Origin: a virus
Taxonomy: Duplodnaviria > Heunggongvirae > Uroviricota > Caudoviricetes
IMG/VR virus record: IMGVR_UViG_3300032236_001858
Length of the DNA stretch: 64,000 nucleotides
Reading direction: 5' to 3' (one strand)
Part shown: in pieces, positions 16,680 through 25,809 of the stretch
Layout of the letters: the number at the start of each line of letters is the position of its first letter
Position numbering within the stretch: the first letter of the stretch is position 1
Notes under the pieces: generated by a model
What the model was told of the DNA's origin: nothing
Seen by the model: only the letters and a program-made list of their open reading frames with translations
Databases searched by the model: none
Position numbers and translations under genes: made by a program

Positions 16680-18197
16680 ATGAAAGATTTTAAAAAATTC
16701 TTAGAAGAAGTAACTATAAAAGGCAACCCTGGTGTTCCAAACGAAGGTGATAAAAGACCTGGTGATAAAGACTATCTTAAAGATACTGAAGCAAGAGCTA
16801 AGGCTCGTTTAGGTTTATCTGGTCGTGAACACCCTATGCAAATTGGCCCTAGATTAATGCAGTTGGTTGATCAATCTCAACAAGCAACTCGTGGACACGA
16901 AGAAGAGTTAGAAAACTTAGCTAAGGAAATTATTACACAAAATTATGGTGAGATTCTTGATGGTGTTGAACTTGATATTAAATTATTAAGATCTGGTTCT
17001 CAAATTGCTCAATTTATGCAAGACTGTGAAGAAGAACAAGATGAAGAAAAAGAAGCTCCAAAGTTTAGACAAATTCAAGATCCTGCTACAATTAATAAAA
17101 TACACAAGGCTAAATTAGGTAATAATATTATTCAAGGTGAAGCTAAAAACACTAAACATATTATTGCTACTGAAGAAGTTAAGAATGGTTTGATTGATAT
17201 TTTTGGACCAAAAGCTGATCAGATTTTAAATATGTGGAAAGAAATTAGTAATCTAGCTGATAAAATGGATTGGATTATTCCTATTGAAGTTAAGGCTGAT
17301 ATGATGGAAAGAGCTCCACAAGGTATGGCTGGTGCTGTTTCTGTTGATTGGAAACCTAAACAAAAAGAAGAAGAGGAAGAAAAAGAAGAAAGTGATGAAG
17401 ACTTTGCTACTAGAATTCTTAATGACTTAGCAAATAGTGAAGAACCAAATGAAGAGGATAAAGAAGAATTTGGTGAAGAAGTTCAAGGTGCTACTCCAAG
17501 AATTAGAGCTCGTGGTATTGACTTTCCAATGTTGATTCATGAAACTGTTAAAGGTATTTATGAATTGATTGCTTCAATTCAATTTCCAGCTGAAGGTTCT
17601 TCAGAAGAAGAAGTTAAAATGGCACAAACTGTTAAATTAAATGTTTCTTCATTTGAAGATGAAGCTGAGGATTTCAGAACAGGTCCAGAGATTGCTGCTG
17701 ACTTTAGAGATTTTATCAATGAGAATCCAAATGTTGAACATCCAAATATGAGAGCATTTATTTTTGGTAAATTAATGGATTCAAATTACATTTCTGATGC
17801 TGACTTCTTAAAATTATTTAGAGGTATCTTAAATAAAACTCCAGAGGCTCGTAGAAAAATCGATGAGATGATTGATGAGATTAATCAAGAGTTAAATAGA
17901 TATGAATTGGGTCAAGTTCTTGATGTTGAAGAACCATATGAACAAGAGCATGAAGAAGATGATGATACTATGATGCCAGGTAAAGCTGAGCAAGAGGTTC
18001 CTCAAAAAGCGGCTGAAGTAGATTATTCTGAATTGACTCAAAGAGAATTACAAGAATTAATTGATGATGCTTTGGATGAAGGTGATTATGATAAAGTTAG
18101 AATGTTATCTCAATATATGAAAGAAGGTAAAGAAATTTATCTAAAAGAATTAGAAAGAATTAATGAAGGTCATAACTTTCATACAAGAAGAAAATAA
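16680..18197 (+). CDS. Acidic hypothetical protein with leader and C-terminal UvrB/UvrC-like helical motif
   Basis: MKDFKKFLEE; poly-E tracts; LQELIDDALDEGDYDKVRML. Confidence 0.7.
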   Translation: MKDFKKFLEEVTIKGNPGVPNEGDKRPGDKDYLKDTEARAKARLGLSGREHPMQIGPRLMQLVDQSQQATRGHEEELENLAKEIITQNYGEILDGVELDIKLLRSGSQIAQFMQDCEEEQDEEKEAPKFRQIQDPATINKIHKAKLGNNIIQGEAKNTKHIIATEEVKNGLIDIFGPKADQILNMWKEISNLADKMDWIIPIEVKADMMERAPQGMAGAVSVDWKPKQKEEEEEKEESDEDFATRILNDLANSEEPNEEDKEEFGEEVQGATPRIRARGIDFPMLIHETVKGIYELIASIQFPAEGSSEEEVKMAQTVKLNVSSFEDEAEDFRTGPEIAADFRDFINENPNVEHPNMRAFIFGKLMDSNYISDADFLKLFRGILNKTPEARRKIDEMIDEINQELNRYELGQVLDVEEPYEQEHEEDDDTMMPGKAEQEVPQKAAEVDYSELTQRELQELIDDALDEGDYDKVRMLSQYMKEGKEIYLKELERINEGHNFHTRRK

Positions 18198-18206
18198 TTA
18201 TAAAAA

Positions 18207-20162
18207 ATGAAATTATTTAAGTATAACCAATTTTTAGGTGATAAGCCATTAAATGAGAATCTAGACAAAGCTAAAAAGTTCTTGAAAGATAGATTTTTAT
18301 TAAAGACTGCTGCTACTGATCTTGGATTTGTTCAAGGTGAGTTAAAAGCTCAGTTAGATCATAAAGAAAAAAGAAGCTTAGTTTTAGGTGATTTTACACC
18401 AGAACAACAAGAAGAGATAAAAGGTAAACTAAGAACTCTTAAATTAAAAGATGATGAAGTAAGAACTATTGAGAGAGATCCTGAGTTCTTAAAAATCAGA
18501 GAAGCTTTAGGTCAGCAATATATTGGTTGGACTTATCCTTTTACTTATTTCTACTTTGTTGAGATGGTTTCTATGGATGAACTATTCACAAATGAAGGAA
18601 GTATATTCAATAAACTTATTGAGTATAAAGGTTTGTTAGATAAACTACCTAAGAAATTTGACCAAAACTTTATTGACACAAATATTCCTAACAATGCTGA
18701 GGTTTTAATTGATGGATTAGATTCTTTAGAAGATTATAGAAAGATTAAGAAGGTAATTGATAAGTTAACACCGGTTCTTAAAAAAGACTATATGGATTCA
18801 CCAGAAGTTATTAAAGGACAATTTGCCGATGTTTGTAGAGGTTTTGACCAATTAGGTGGTGAAGATGAAGTTAAAAAAGAAAAACTATGGAAGTCATTCT
18901 TTGGTGAAGTTAGAACTATTGATACTGACCAAGTTATTCACGGTAAAGCTTATAAGAAAGGTGATAAAAGATATTTTGGACCACTTAACAGATATACTAA
19001 CATTAGAGAGTTTATTAAAGCGGCTCAAAATTATTTAAAATCATCTGAGAATGAAACGGTTCTTGCTTTCTATGATAAGATTAATGCTTGTAACGAAAAA
19101 TATGGTACACAAGGCGCTGATACAGTATTTGAAGAAAATGGTATTTTAATTATTGAAGTTAAATCTTTCCAAGCTAATCAATTCTTAAATGGTCACACAA
19201 GACACTGTATTAAAGATTACTCTTCACAATGGGAAAACTATGTGGCTTCACATAACAATAAACAATATTATATTTATAACTTTAATATTCCTCAATATGA
19301 TAACCTCTCAACTATTGGTATCACAATTGAACCTGGTCAAAAAATTAGAGCTTGTCACCTTAAAGATGATGCTGGATATTCGAGTAGTATTAAATCTACT
19401 TTGTCTAAATGGCAAAAAGAATATGATATTAAAGAAGACCTTTTTGCTCAACTTAAACCTATGACTGAAGAAGAAATTAGAAGAAGAGAAAGAGCTAAAC
19501 TTGCTGAAAGAGAAATTATTAAGAAAGGTTTATCAATTGAACAAATTAAACAATATGTTAGAGAAGATGGTGCTAATATCAATAAAGATAATTGTGTAGC
19601 TCTTTTACATGCTGTTGAAGAAAACAACCACGAGAAAGCTAAAGTTATTTTAGAATTAGGTGGTTCTCCAAACTTGAGAAGTAAAGCAGATGCTATTATT
19701 AATAAGGCACAAGACTTAGATATGATTAAACTACTTGTTGCTAATGGTTCTGAATTAACAGGTGAGGTATTTAATAACATTTGTAATGACCTTGAGGCAG
19801 TTGAATATTGCTTAAAACAAGGATTAGATCCAAACTTTGATAACTCACTTCCAATCAGAAGATGTTGTAAAGGTGGTTGGAAATCTAAAGATGATATTGG
19901 TGAAGGTTATTTTGATGTATTCCAGTTACTTGTTAAATATGGTGCTAGATTAGCAGACGAGGGTGGTAGAAATATGGCTATCAAATGGGCGGCTGAATAT
20001 GGTAGATTAAACTTTATTGATTATATGATTAGTAAAGGTGTTAAAACAGGTTTCAAAGCAGCTTTATCTTGGTTAAATCATAGTAGAAAAACACCAGATA
20101 ATGTTAAGAAAACAACGGTTGCTTATCTTGAAGATAAAATTAAACAATACGGTGATGTATAA
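18207..20162 (+). CDS. Ankyrin-repeat protein with capsid-targeting-like leader
   Basis: MKLFKYNQFLGD; ALLHAVEENNHEKAKVILELGGSPN, YCLKQGLDPN, AIKWAAEYGRLNFIDYMISKG. Confidence 0.8.
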   Translation: MKLFKYNQFLGDKPLNENLDKAKKFLKDRFLLKTAATDLGFVQGELKAQLDHKEKRSLVLGDFTPEQQEEIKGKLRTLKLKDDEVRTIERDPEFLKIREALGQQYIGWTYPFTYFYFVEMVSMDELFTNEGSIFNKLIEYKGLLDKLPKKFDQNFIDTNIPNNAEVLIDGLDSLEDYRKIKKVIDKLTPVLKKDYMDSPEVIKGQFADVCRGFDQLGGEDEVKKEKLWKSFFGEVRTIDTDQVIHGKAYKKGDKRYFGPLNRYTNIREFIKAAQNYLKSSENETVLAFYDKINACNEKYGTQGADTVFEENGILIIEVKSFQANQFLNGHTRHCIKDYSSQWENYVASHNNKQYYIYNFNIPQYDNLSTIGITIEPGQKIRACHLKDDAGYSSSIKSTLSKWQKEYDIKEDLFAQLKPMTEEEIRRRERAKLAEREIIKKGLSIEQIKQYVREDGANINKDNCVALLHAVEENNHEKAKVILELGGSPNLRSKADAIINKAQDLDMIKLLVANGSELTGEVFNNICNDLEAVEYCLKQGLDPNFDNSLPIRRCCKGGWKSKDDIGEGYFDVFQLLVKYGARLADEGGRNMAIKWAAEYGRLNFIDYMISKGVKTGFKAALSWLNHSRKTPDNVKKTTVAYLEDKIKQYGDV

Positions 20163-20163
20163 T

Positions 20164-20192
20164 AAAAAACCCACTTAATTAAGTGGGTTTTT
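20164..20192. terminator. Bidirectional intrinsic terminator
   Basis: AAAAACCCACTT-AATT-AAGTGGGTTTTT. Confidence 0.85.
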
Positions 20193-20246
20193 AATTTTAA
20201 ATACTTGAGAATATTTATTTCTGAATACAAATATACGGAATATTTT

Positions 20247-20966
20247 TTATCTCTCCCTATTCCCTTTGAGGATTTGATATAAAAGCCACCCATCATTTAT
20301 ATCTTCATATGGTTTAGGTATTGTTGAAACAGCCATAAGTTCATCTTTTATAGATTTACAATGCTTAGACCAGAAGTCATTTATTTTATCATTTTCAATT
20401 ATTGAAAGGGCCATGTCATTTTTGGTAAATTTACCACCAGGTATGCCTAACTTATTTCTATATTCTTCAACTATCTTAATCTTTTTGATACCAGTTTCTT
20501 TTCTAATTGGTTCATATGCCAGCTTACAAGCTTCTAATTTAAGAGTTGATGGAGACATAACTAAAATGTCTTCAGACACCTGGTCAAACAATTTTTTTCT
20601 CAAAAGTGTTGAGAAAGTTACTAAGTCAATAAGGTCACCTACTTGAGCACCAAAGTTATAACCTTCAATGCCTATTTTAGTTTCTTTATTAGGGTCAATA
20701 TTTGCTAAGATATCTTCAATTATTTGATCAGTTATTGCATCATAATCTTTTAACTTAGTTAATTCACCTTCTGAATAATCCTCAAATTCTCTATACTCAA
20801 TGAACTTATAAGTTACATATTGTTCAGCGGATTTGAACCATTTAGTGATTCCTTTTTTACCAAATACTTTAGATTCTCTACAATAGTTGTAGATTTTAAA
20901 ACTATCACCAGAACTTACTACAAGTGCGGTTGATATTAATGAAGGGTCAATTGCTACTATATTCAT
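20247..20966 (-). CDS. RuvC/RNase H-fold Holliday junction resolvase-like protein (track start 20984)
   Basis: IVAIDPSLISTALVV, IGIEGYNFG, SPSTLK, EDINDGW. Confidence 0.7.
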   Translation of the reverse strand: MNIVAIDPSLISTALVVSSGDSFKIYNYCRESKVFGKKGITKWFKSAEQYVTYKFIEYREFEDYSEGELTKLKDYDAITDQIIEDILANIDPNKETKIGIEGYNFGAQVGDLIDLVTFSTLLRKKLFDQVSEDILVMSPSTLKLEACKLAYEPIRKETGIKKIKIVEEYRNKLGIPGGKFTKNDMALSIIENDKINDFWSKHCKSIKDELMAVSTIPKPYEDINDGWLLYQILKGNRER

Positions 20967-20991
20967 AATTCTATATAGTAACAATTCATGT

Positions 20992-21393
20992 CTACCACTC
21001 TCTTTCTTTATCTTTTGGTTTGTGTCCTATTTTAGATATTACTAATTCATAGTAGGCATCAGTTTGACCAAAATCTGAAGAATACACATATAAATTAAAC
21101 TCTTTTAGATGTTCATTTACATCATTAATTAGTTCAAATATCTTTGGTTCAACATAATGTAAAACAGATAAATCAATCATAGATTCATATCCGGACTCAT
21201 TAAATACAATAATAAAACAATTATCATCTTTTTCAATTAAAGATGATTGTAAAGAATCTTCTACATAGTATTCTAATTTAGGGAACTCATCAGTTATATG
21301 ATAAAGTATCTCACTTAAATCTTGATATGATATATCAAAATCATTTTGTAGTGAAAATCTTTCTGTTATAAATTGATTGTATTTCTTTATCAT
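20992..21393 (-). CDS. Hypothetical protein with capsid-targeting-like leader
   Basis: MIKKYNQFITE. Confidence 0.75.
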   Translation of the reverse strand: MIKKYNQFITERFSLQNDFDISYQDLSEILYHITDEFPKLEYYVEDSLQSSLIEKDDNCFIIVFNESGYESMIDLSVLHYVEPKIFELINDVNEHLKEFNLYVYSSDFGQTDAYYELVISKIGHKPKDKEREW

Positions 21394-21395
21394 AA

Positions 21396-21869
21396 TTAAA
21401 CTAAGCTAAGGACTATAGTTCTCAAATCTTTCATCCCTACGTTCATTTTTGTTTTTTCTTTGTATTCACCTTTAAGATACTGTTCAAGTTCTTCCCAGGA
21501 TAAGAGTTTATCACTTAGTCCACCAAATGATTTTTCAATATAGTATAACATTTTTACTCCTGATATTTCTTTTTCAGATATAAGATATTTTATTCTAGGT
21601 GTTACGAAGTCAATAAACTTATCATATTTTGACTTTATTTCATCTATATTATACTCATCTTTTAAACGTCTTCTATTATACTCTTCTGAATCATGATATA
21701 TCTTGTCAATTAAAGCAAATACTATTGATGGTCCACGATCACTAAAGTTTTTAGAATAGTAGCAAACAGGAATACCAAAGTATTCATTGATATCCTCAAT
21801 AAGGTCAACAACTAATATTTCTAAATCATCTTTAGATTCGTTTAGAAATTGATTATATTTCTTTATCAT
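21396..21869 (-). CDS. Hypothetical protein with capsid-targeting-like leader
   Basis: MIKKYNQFLNES; TAATATATA at 21874-21882. Confidence 0.75.
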   Translation of the reverse strand: MIKKYNQFLNESKDDLEILVVDLIEDINEYFGIPVCYYSKNFSDRGPSIVFALIDKIYHDSEEYNRRRLKDEYNIDEIKSKYDKFIDFVTPRIKYLISEKEISGVKMLYYIEKSFGGLSDKLLSWEELEQYLKGEYKEKTKMNVGMKDLRTIVLSLV

Positions 21870-21907
21870 AAAGTATATATTAATTTTGACAATTCAAGTA
21901 TTTTCTT

Positions 21908-21915
21908 TATCTTTG
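21908..21915 (+). promoter_or_regulatory. Bacteroidota-type -7 promoter element TATCTTTG
   Basis: Matches TAnnTTTG; TTTTGAC about 24 nt upstream; precedes ATG 21934. Confidence 0.6.
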
Positions 21916-21933
21916 TATTATAAATCACTACAA

Positions 21934-22386
21934 ATGCAAGGTCGTAAGTTAAAAAATTCAGATGCTCTTAAATTTATGTTTGCTGGTAAATCTATTGTTA
22001 CTTTTTTGAATACCAAAACCGGCAATCGTTTTACTTTTAAGATAAAAGCCGCTAAAGACTCTAATATGTTTTTTGTTAGTATTTTGAATGGTCCTGAAAA
22101 CTTTACTTATATTGGAACTTGCATTGAAGGTAAGTTTAGACACGGTAGCAAATCTAATATATCAGCTGATGCTCAGTCTGTAAAAGTATTTGATTTTGTT
22201 TTAACTAAGCTTGTATTAGGAACTTTACCAGAGTTTGTTGAAGTTTGGCACGAGGGTCATTGTGGTAAATGTGGTAAAAGATTAACAGTTCCTTCTTCTA
22301 TTAAAAATGGCTTAGGACCGGAGTGTATTAAAACTCTTACTAAGATGGAAAAAAGAGATAAATTTTTACAATTGATACTATCATGA
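21934..22386 (+). CDS. DUF6011-like zinc-finger protein with C-terminal R-x3-L-x2-I-L motif (track start 21886)
   Basis: HEGHCGKCGKRLTVPSSIKNGLGPEC; ends KRDKFLQLILS. Confidence 0.75.
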   Translation: MQGRKLKNSDALKFMFAGKSIVTFLNTKTGNRFTFKIKAAKDSNMFFVSILNGPENFTYIGTCIEGKFRHGSKSNISADAQSVKVFDFVLTKLVLGTLPEFVEVWHEGHCGKCGKRLTVPSSIKNGLGPECIKTLTKMEKRDKFLQLILS

Positions 22387-22862
22387 TTGTAGCTTTAATG
22401 CCTTTTATTTTTATTGCTTATTATATTTTTCTAATTAAAAAAAGAAAGAGTATTTCATATGATCTTAAACATGGTTTAAGATGCTTTTCTTGTAAAGAAG
22501 AAATAGAAATGAGTGATATTGATAAATATAATCTACTATCTGATATACTTAATAAGTTAAAAAATAATGAAGATGCAAAGAAATTTACCATTTGTAAATC
22601 CTGTGAGCGAAATCAAAAATTAGATGATTTAGTTACACACAAAGGAGTATCAAGAATTAATAAATTAAAAATATTTCTTATATCTGAAAAATCAAATAAA
22701 TTAAATTTATGGTTAATATTTGGCTTAGTTTTATTTCTGTTAATAGATGTCTTTTTTAGGATATTTTTTAAAATTAACTTTTTCAGCTATATTTATAATA
22801 TCTATCTGTGCTTTTACTGGTGTATTATGATATACAAACAAAAAATTACTTCAATAAAATAA
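22383..22862 (+). CDS. Membrane protein with central CxxC...CxxC zinc ribbon
   Basis: N-terminal and two C-terminal hydrophobic segments; CFSC...CKSCERNQKLDDLV. Confidence 0.65.
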   Translation: MIVALMPFIFIAYYIFLIKKRKSISYDLKHGLRCFSCKEEIEMSDIDKYNLLSDILNKLKNNEDAKKFTICKSCERNQKLDDLVTHKGVSRINKLKIFLISEKSNKLNLWLIFGLVLFLLIDVFFRIFFKINFFSYIYNIYLCFYWCIMIYKQKITSIK

Positions 22863-22897
22863 AAAAAACCTCTGAAAATTAATTCAGAGGTTTTTTT
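22861..22897. terminator. Bidirectional intrinsic terminator
   Basis: A8-CCTCTGAA-AATTAA-TTCAGAGG-T7. Confidence 0.85.
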
Positions 22898-22898
22898 A

Positions 22899-22934
22899 GG
22901 GCCGACTGGATTTGACTCCCTTCCGCATCCACCA
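22899..22934 (+). pseudogene. tmRNA-like remnant: 5' end joined directly to 3' end
   Basis: GGGCCGACTGGATTTGAC resembles a tmRNA 5' end; TTTGACTCCCTTCCGCATCCACCA resembles a T-arm/acceptor 3' end with CCA; no body between them. Confidence 0.45.
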
Positions 22935-22936
22935 CC

Positions 22937-23155
22937 TTATTTTTCTAAACAAGGAAACTTATTCGTTTCGATATAACTAATTATACCTCTTATGAATAAT
23001 TCTTTTATCACAGACTCACAAGTGTATGTTTTATCTGAATAAAATTCAATGTTATTTCTAACATTATCCATTCCAATCTTATATAGGACATCATCTGGAA
23101 AGTTTTTAGTTTCCACATTTCTTTCTAATAATAATTGTCTTATCATCTGTTTCAT
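22937..23155 (-). CDS. Hypothetical protein
   Basis: 72-aa ORF co-directional with recA. Confidence 0.55.
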   Translation of the reverse strand: MKQMIRQLLLERNVETKNFPDDVLYKIGMDNVRNNIEFYSDKTYTCESVIKELFIRGIISYIETNKFPCLEK

Positions 23156-23171
23156 TGGAATGTTATTTTTT

Positions 23172-23342
23172 TTACTTTTTACCTTCTTCAGTAGATGCTG
23201 CTCTGTAAGGAGTAACTAATTTCTTAATTTCACCTAAAGCTTTTCTTGCTCTTGAATCAGACACTTTGCTAGTAGCATTGTGATTTTTTTCAAATTCATC
23301 CCAAAGTTGTTTCAATTGATCAAAAATTTCTTACTTTGTCAT
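23172..23342 (-). pseudogene. Histone H1-like (Hc1 family) nucleoid protein with an in-frame TAA at codon 4
   Basis: Manual translation MTK*EIFDQLKQLWDEFEKNHNATSKVSDSRARKALGEIKKLVTPYRAASTEEGKK; RARK.L.E..KL...YR..S signature. Confidence 0.7.
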
Positions 23343-23390
23343 TTTATTTTATTTTATTTTTGTAATCCCTTAGTATTAAAGGGATTTAGT

Positions 23391-24617
23391 TTATCCGAAA
23401 ATATCGTCAGCGTCAGATGAGTCAGTGAAACCATTTGAATCATCTTCTTCGCCTATCATTTCATTAAATTGACTCTCTACTTTATCCATCTCATCAATTG
23501 ACTTAAATCTAAAGTAATCGTTTACAATCGGAGCCATTTTTTGTAAAACTTCTGGTGTGAAAACATCAGAGTTAAATAATTGTTTAGTTGTTACTGTTTT
23601 ATCTAAATGAGAAACATACCAACGATTTCCACCAGGAACAAATGTCATTTCACCTGTTTTTTTATCAACATCCATTTTACCTTGCGCAATACCAATTTGA
23701 TTAAAGTATTCAGGACGACAAAAAGCATCTAAACCAGTATATGGATTAAGACCATTTAAGAAAGAGATATCAAATCTAATTTTCTTAGGTTTAGCTAAAC
23801 GATTCTTTTGAGTTTTGAAAAGAACTGAAATACCTGATTGACCTAAGTCCATATCATCTTCTTCTCCAGTTTTTAATTTAGATTTAGAAAGAAATCCTAA
23901 AACTGATGCTGAGTAAACAAGACCCATACCACCTTTAGAAATCTCTTTTGGAAATAAATCCTGTGTTAAATAAGTGTGGTTACAACAAACCATTGGAATA
24001 TCAAGATAACCTAAGTCAGAACTAATACTTCTGAAAAGAGCATTTAATTGTTTAGCTCTTGTCATATCTTGTTTGATATCACCTTTTAATAAGTCAGCTT
24101 TTTCTTTGTTAGATGACATCATACCAATAGAGTCAAGTACTACTAAGATTTTTGGAATTTCAAATCCACCCATTTTAGCTTCTTTTAATTCATCTAATAG
24201 TTGAGTTAAAGAGATATTAATATCTTCAACTTTGTTAGATCTAATTAATCTAAATTTGTTTGTATCATTGTCAATACCCATTTTAGTAATACCTTCTAAG
24301 TCAATAGAGTTTTCTGTGTCAATATAGATAACTGAGTAGCCATCTTTTTGAGCTGATTTACATATTGAGTAGGCAATAAATGATTTACCTGCTCCTGATT
24401 CACCTAATAGACCGAAAATACGACCTGCTAAGATACCACCACCTACTAGTTTAGCTGATAGAGCGGCATCTAATAAATAAACACCTGTAGAGATGTAACT
24501 TCTTTCTTTAATTTCTTTTTCAATTTGAATTGGAACTGACTTTGCTATGTTGTCCAAAATAGTCCCTACTTTACTGAATTCAAACTTCTTCGTTTCTTTT
24601 CCTGTTGCTTTTGCCAT
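23391..24617 (-). CDS. uvsX: RecA/UvsX-like recombinase
   Basis: ISTGVYLLDAALS, Walker A GESGAGKS, YIDTEN, VVLDSIG, CCNHTY, SKGGMGLVYSAS. Confidence 0.9.
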   Translation of the reverse strand: MAKATGKETKKFEFSKVGTILDNIAKSVPIQIEKEIKERSYISTGVYLLDAALSAKLVGGGILAGRIFGLLGESGAGKSFIAYSICKSAQKDGYSVIYIDTENSIDLEGITKMGIDNDTNKFRLIRSNKVEDINISLTQLLDELKEAKMGGFEIPKILVVLDSIGMMSSNKEKADLLKGDIKQDMTRAKQLNALFRSISSDLGYLDIPMVCCNHTYLTQDLFPKEISKGGMGLVYSASVLGFLSKSKLKTGEEDDMDLGQSGISVLFKTQKNRLAKPKKIRFDISFLNGLNPYTGLDAFCRPEYFNQIGIAQGKMDVDKKTGEMTFVPGGNRWYVSHLDKTVTTKQLFNSDVFTPEVLQKMAPIVNDYFRFKSIDEMDKVESQFNEMIGEEDDSNGFTDSSDADDIFG

Positions 24618-24661
24618 TTTAATAATTTTTATTTTATAATTTATATATTAAGAAACTTACT

Positions 24662-24700
24662 CCCCCTTTCAAAAAAAATTAAAATAATTTTGAAAGGGGG
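24662..24700. repeat. 13-bp inverted repeat between divergent recA and endonuclease-like genes
   Basis: CCCCCTTTCAAAA-N13-TTTTGAAAGGGGG. Confidence 0.8.
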
Positions 24701-24723
24701 TTAGGATTTTTTATATATACTTT

Positions 24724-25407
24724 ATGACAAGATTTGAATTCTTAGAAAAAGCAAGAAATATACACGCTTATAAATACAATTATTTAGATTTGTCGTTTAA
24801 GATAACCTTAAATGACAAGATTAATATTGAGTATAAAGGTGAAGTATATACTCAAACTGTTTCTAAACATTTAATGGGTAGATGTCCAGAAAAAGCAACT
24901 AAAAGAAAAACAACACAAGAATTTATTTCAGAAGCCAAGAATATATGGGGTGATAAATATGACTATTCAATTACTGAATATACCGGTGCTTTGAATGATA
25001 TTAAAGTTATTTATAATGGCATTGTTTATGAACAAAGAGCCAGTTCTCACTTATTAGGTCTTGCTCCTGAATTTAGAAATAATGAAGATAGTTTATTAAG
25101 AGATAAAGTAAATCAATCAGATAAAGAAGGAATTAATGATATTAAAGAGTTCTTAAAAAAGTATCAGATTGAATACGAAGTGAATAAAAGCCTATATAAT
25201 AATATATTTCAGTTTTATTTACCAAATAGAAGAACTGTAATAGAATACCTAAGTAAAGAACATTATCTAATTAAAGAATTAGATAAAAAGAAAGAAGACT
25301 ACTGTGAGGATAACTATATTGATTTAATTAAAATTAACTACAACCAGTTTGATGATATTTATAGAATACTTTGGGATAACCTAATTAAAACAAAAAAGAC
25401 TAGTTAA
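24724..25407 (+). CDS. Homing-endonuclease-like protein: DUF723-type repeats plus a degenerate Vsr/PD-(D/E)XK domain
   Basis: FLEKARNIHAYKYNY / FISEAKNIWGDKYDYS repeats; QFYLPNRRTVIEYLSKEHY...DLIKINY. Confidence 0.65.
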   Translation: MTRFEFLEKARNIHAYKYNYLDLSFKITLNDKINIEYKGEVYTQTVSKHLMGRCPEKATKRKTTQEFISEAKNIWGDKYDYSITEYTGALNDIKVIYNGIVYEQRASSHLLGLAPEFRNNEDSLLRDKVNQSDKEGINDIKEFLKKYQIEYEVNKSLYNNIFQFYLPNRRTVIEYLSKEHYLIKELDKKKEDYCEDNYIDLIKINYNQFDDIYRILWDNLIKTKKTS

Positions 25408-25420
25408 AACTAGTCTTTTT
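25392..25420. terminator. Bidirectional intrinsic terminator
   Basis: AAAAAGACTAGTT-AA-AACTAGTCTTTTT. Confidence 0.8.
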
Positions 25421-25422
25421 AA

Positions 25423-25809
25423 TTAAATATAATCATCATCATCAAAGTCATGAAATGTTTTTAGATTAATGAAGTATTTTTTACCATCTTCAGTTTCTAT
25501 ATTAAGCAGATGACTAATACTTTCATCATCATCTTCGATAGTTACATACATATCAGTAACATCTTTTTTATTTTCGTTTAATAAAGATTCTTCAACCTTT
25601 CCAGGTATTTCTAAATATTGATCCAATACTTCTTTAGTTTGATGATCAGTTTCATCAAATTTAACCTCATTATCATAAAGGCTAACTTTCTTATCAGCAA
25701 TCAACTTTTGTAAAAGCGGCTCGCTTGTAAATAAACTCACTTCTTCTGGAGTAAGTTTTACTGATTTTGAGTGTGATTCCTTAATGAAATCTGCGTATTT
25801 CTTTATCAT
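25423..25809 (-). CDS. Two-module hypothetical protein with capsid-targeting-like leader
   Basis: MIKKYADFIKES; internal VEESLLNE junction. Confidence 0.7.
   Translation of the reverse strand: MIKKYADFIKESHSKSVKLTPEEVSLFTSEPLLQKLIADKKVSLYDNEVKFDETDHQTKEVLDQYLEIPGKVEESLLNENKKDVTDMYVTIEDDDESISHLLNIETEDGKKYFINLKTFHDFDDDDYI

Noticed and set aside
22899-23400. Intact tmRNA gene
   Set aside because: The 5'-like and 3'-like ends are contiguous with no room for pseudoknots or a tag ORF, and the following DNA is coding on the opposite strand. Reported only as a remnant.
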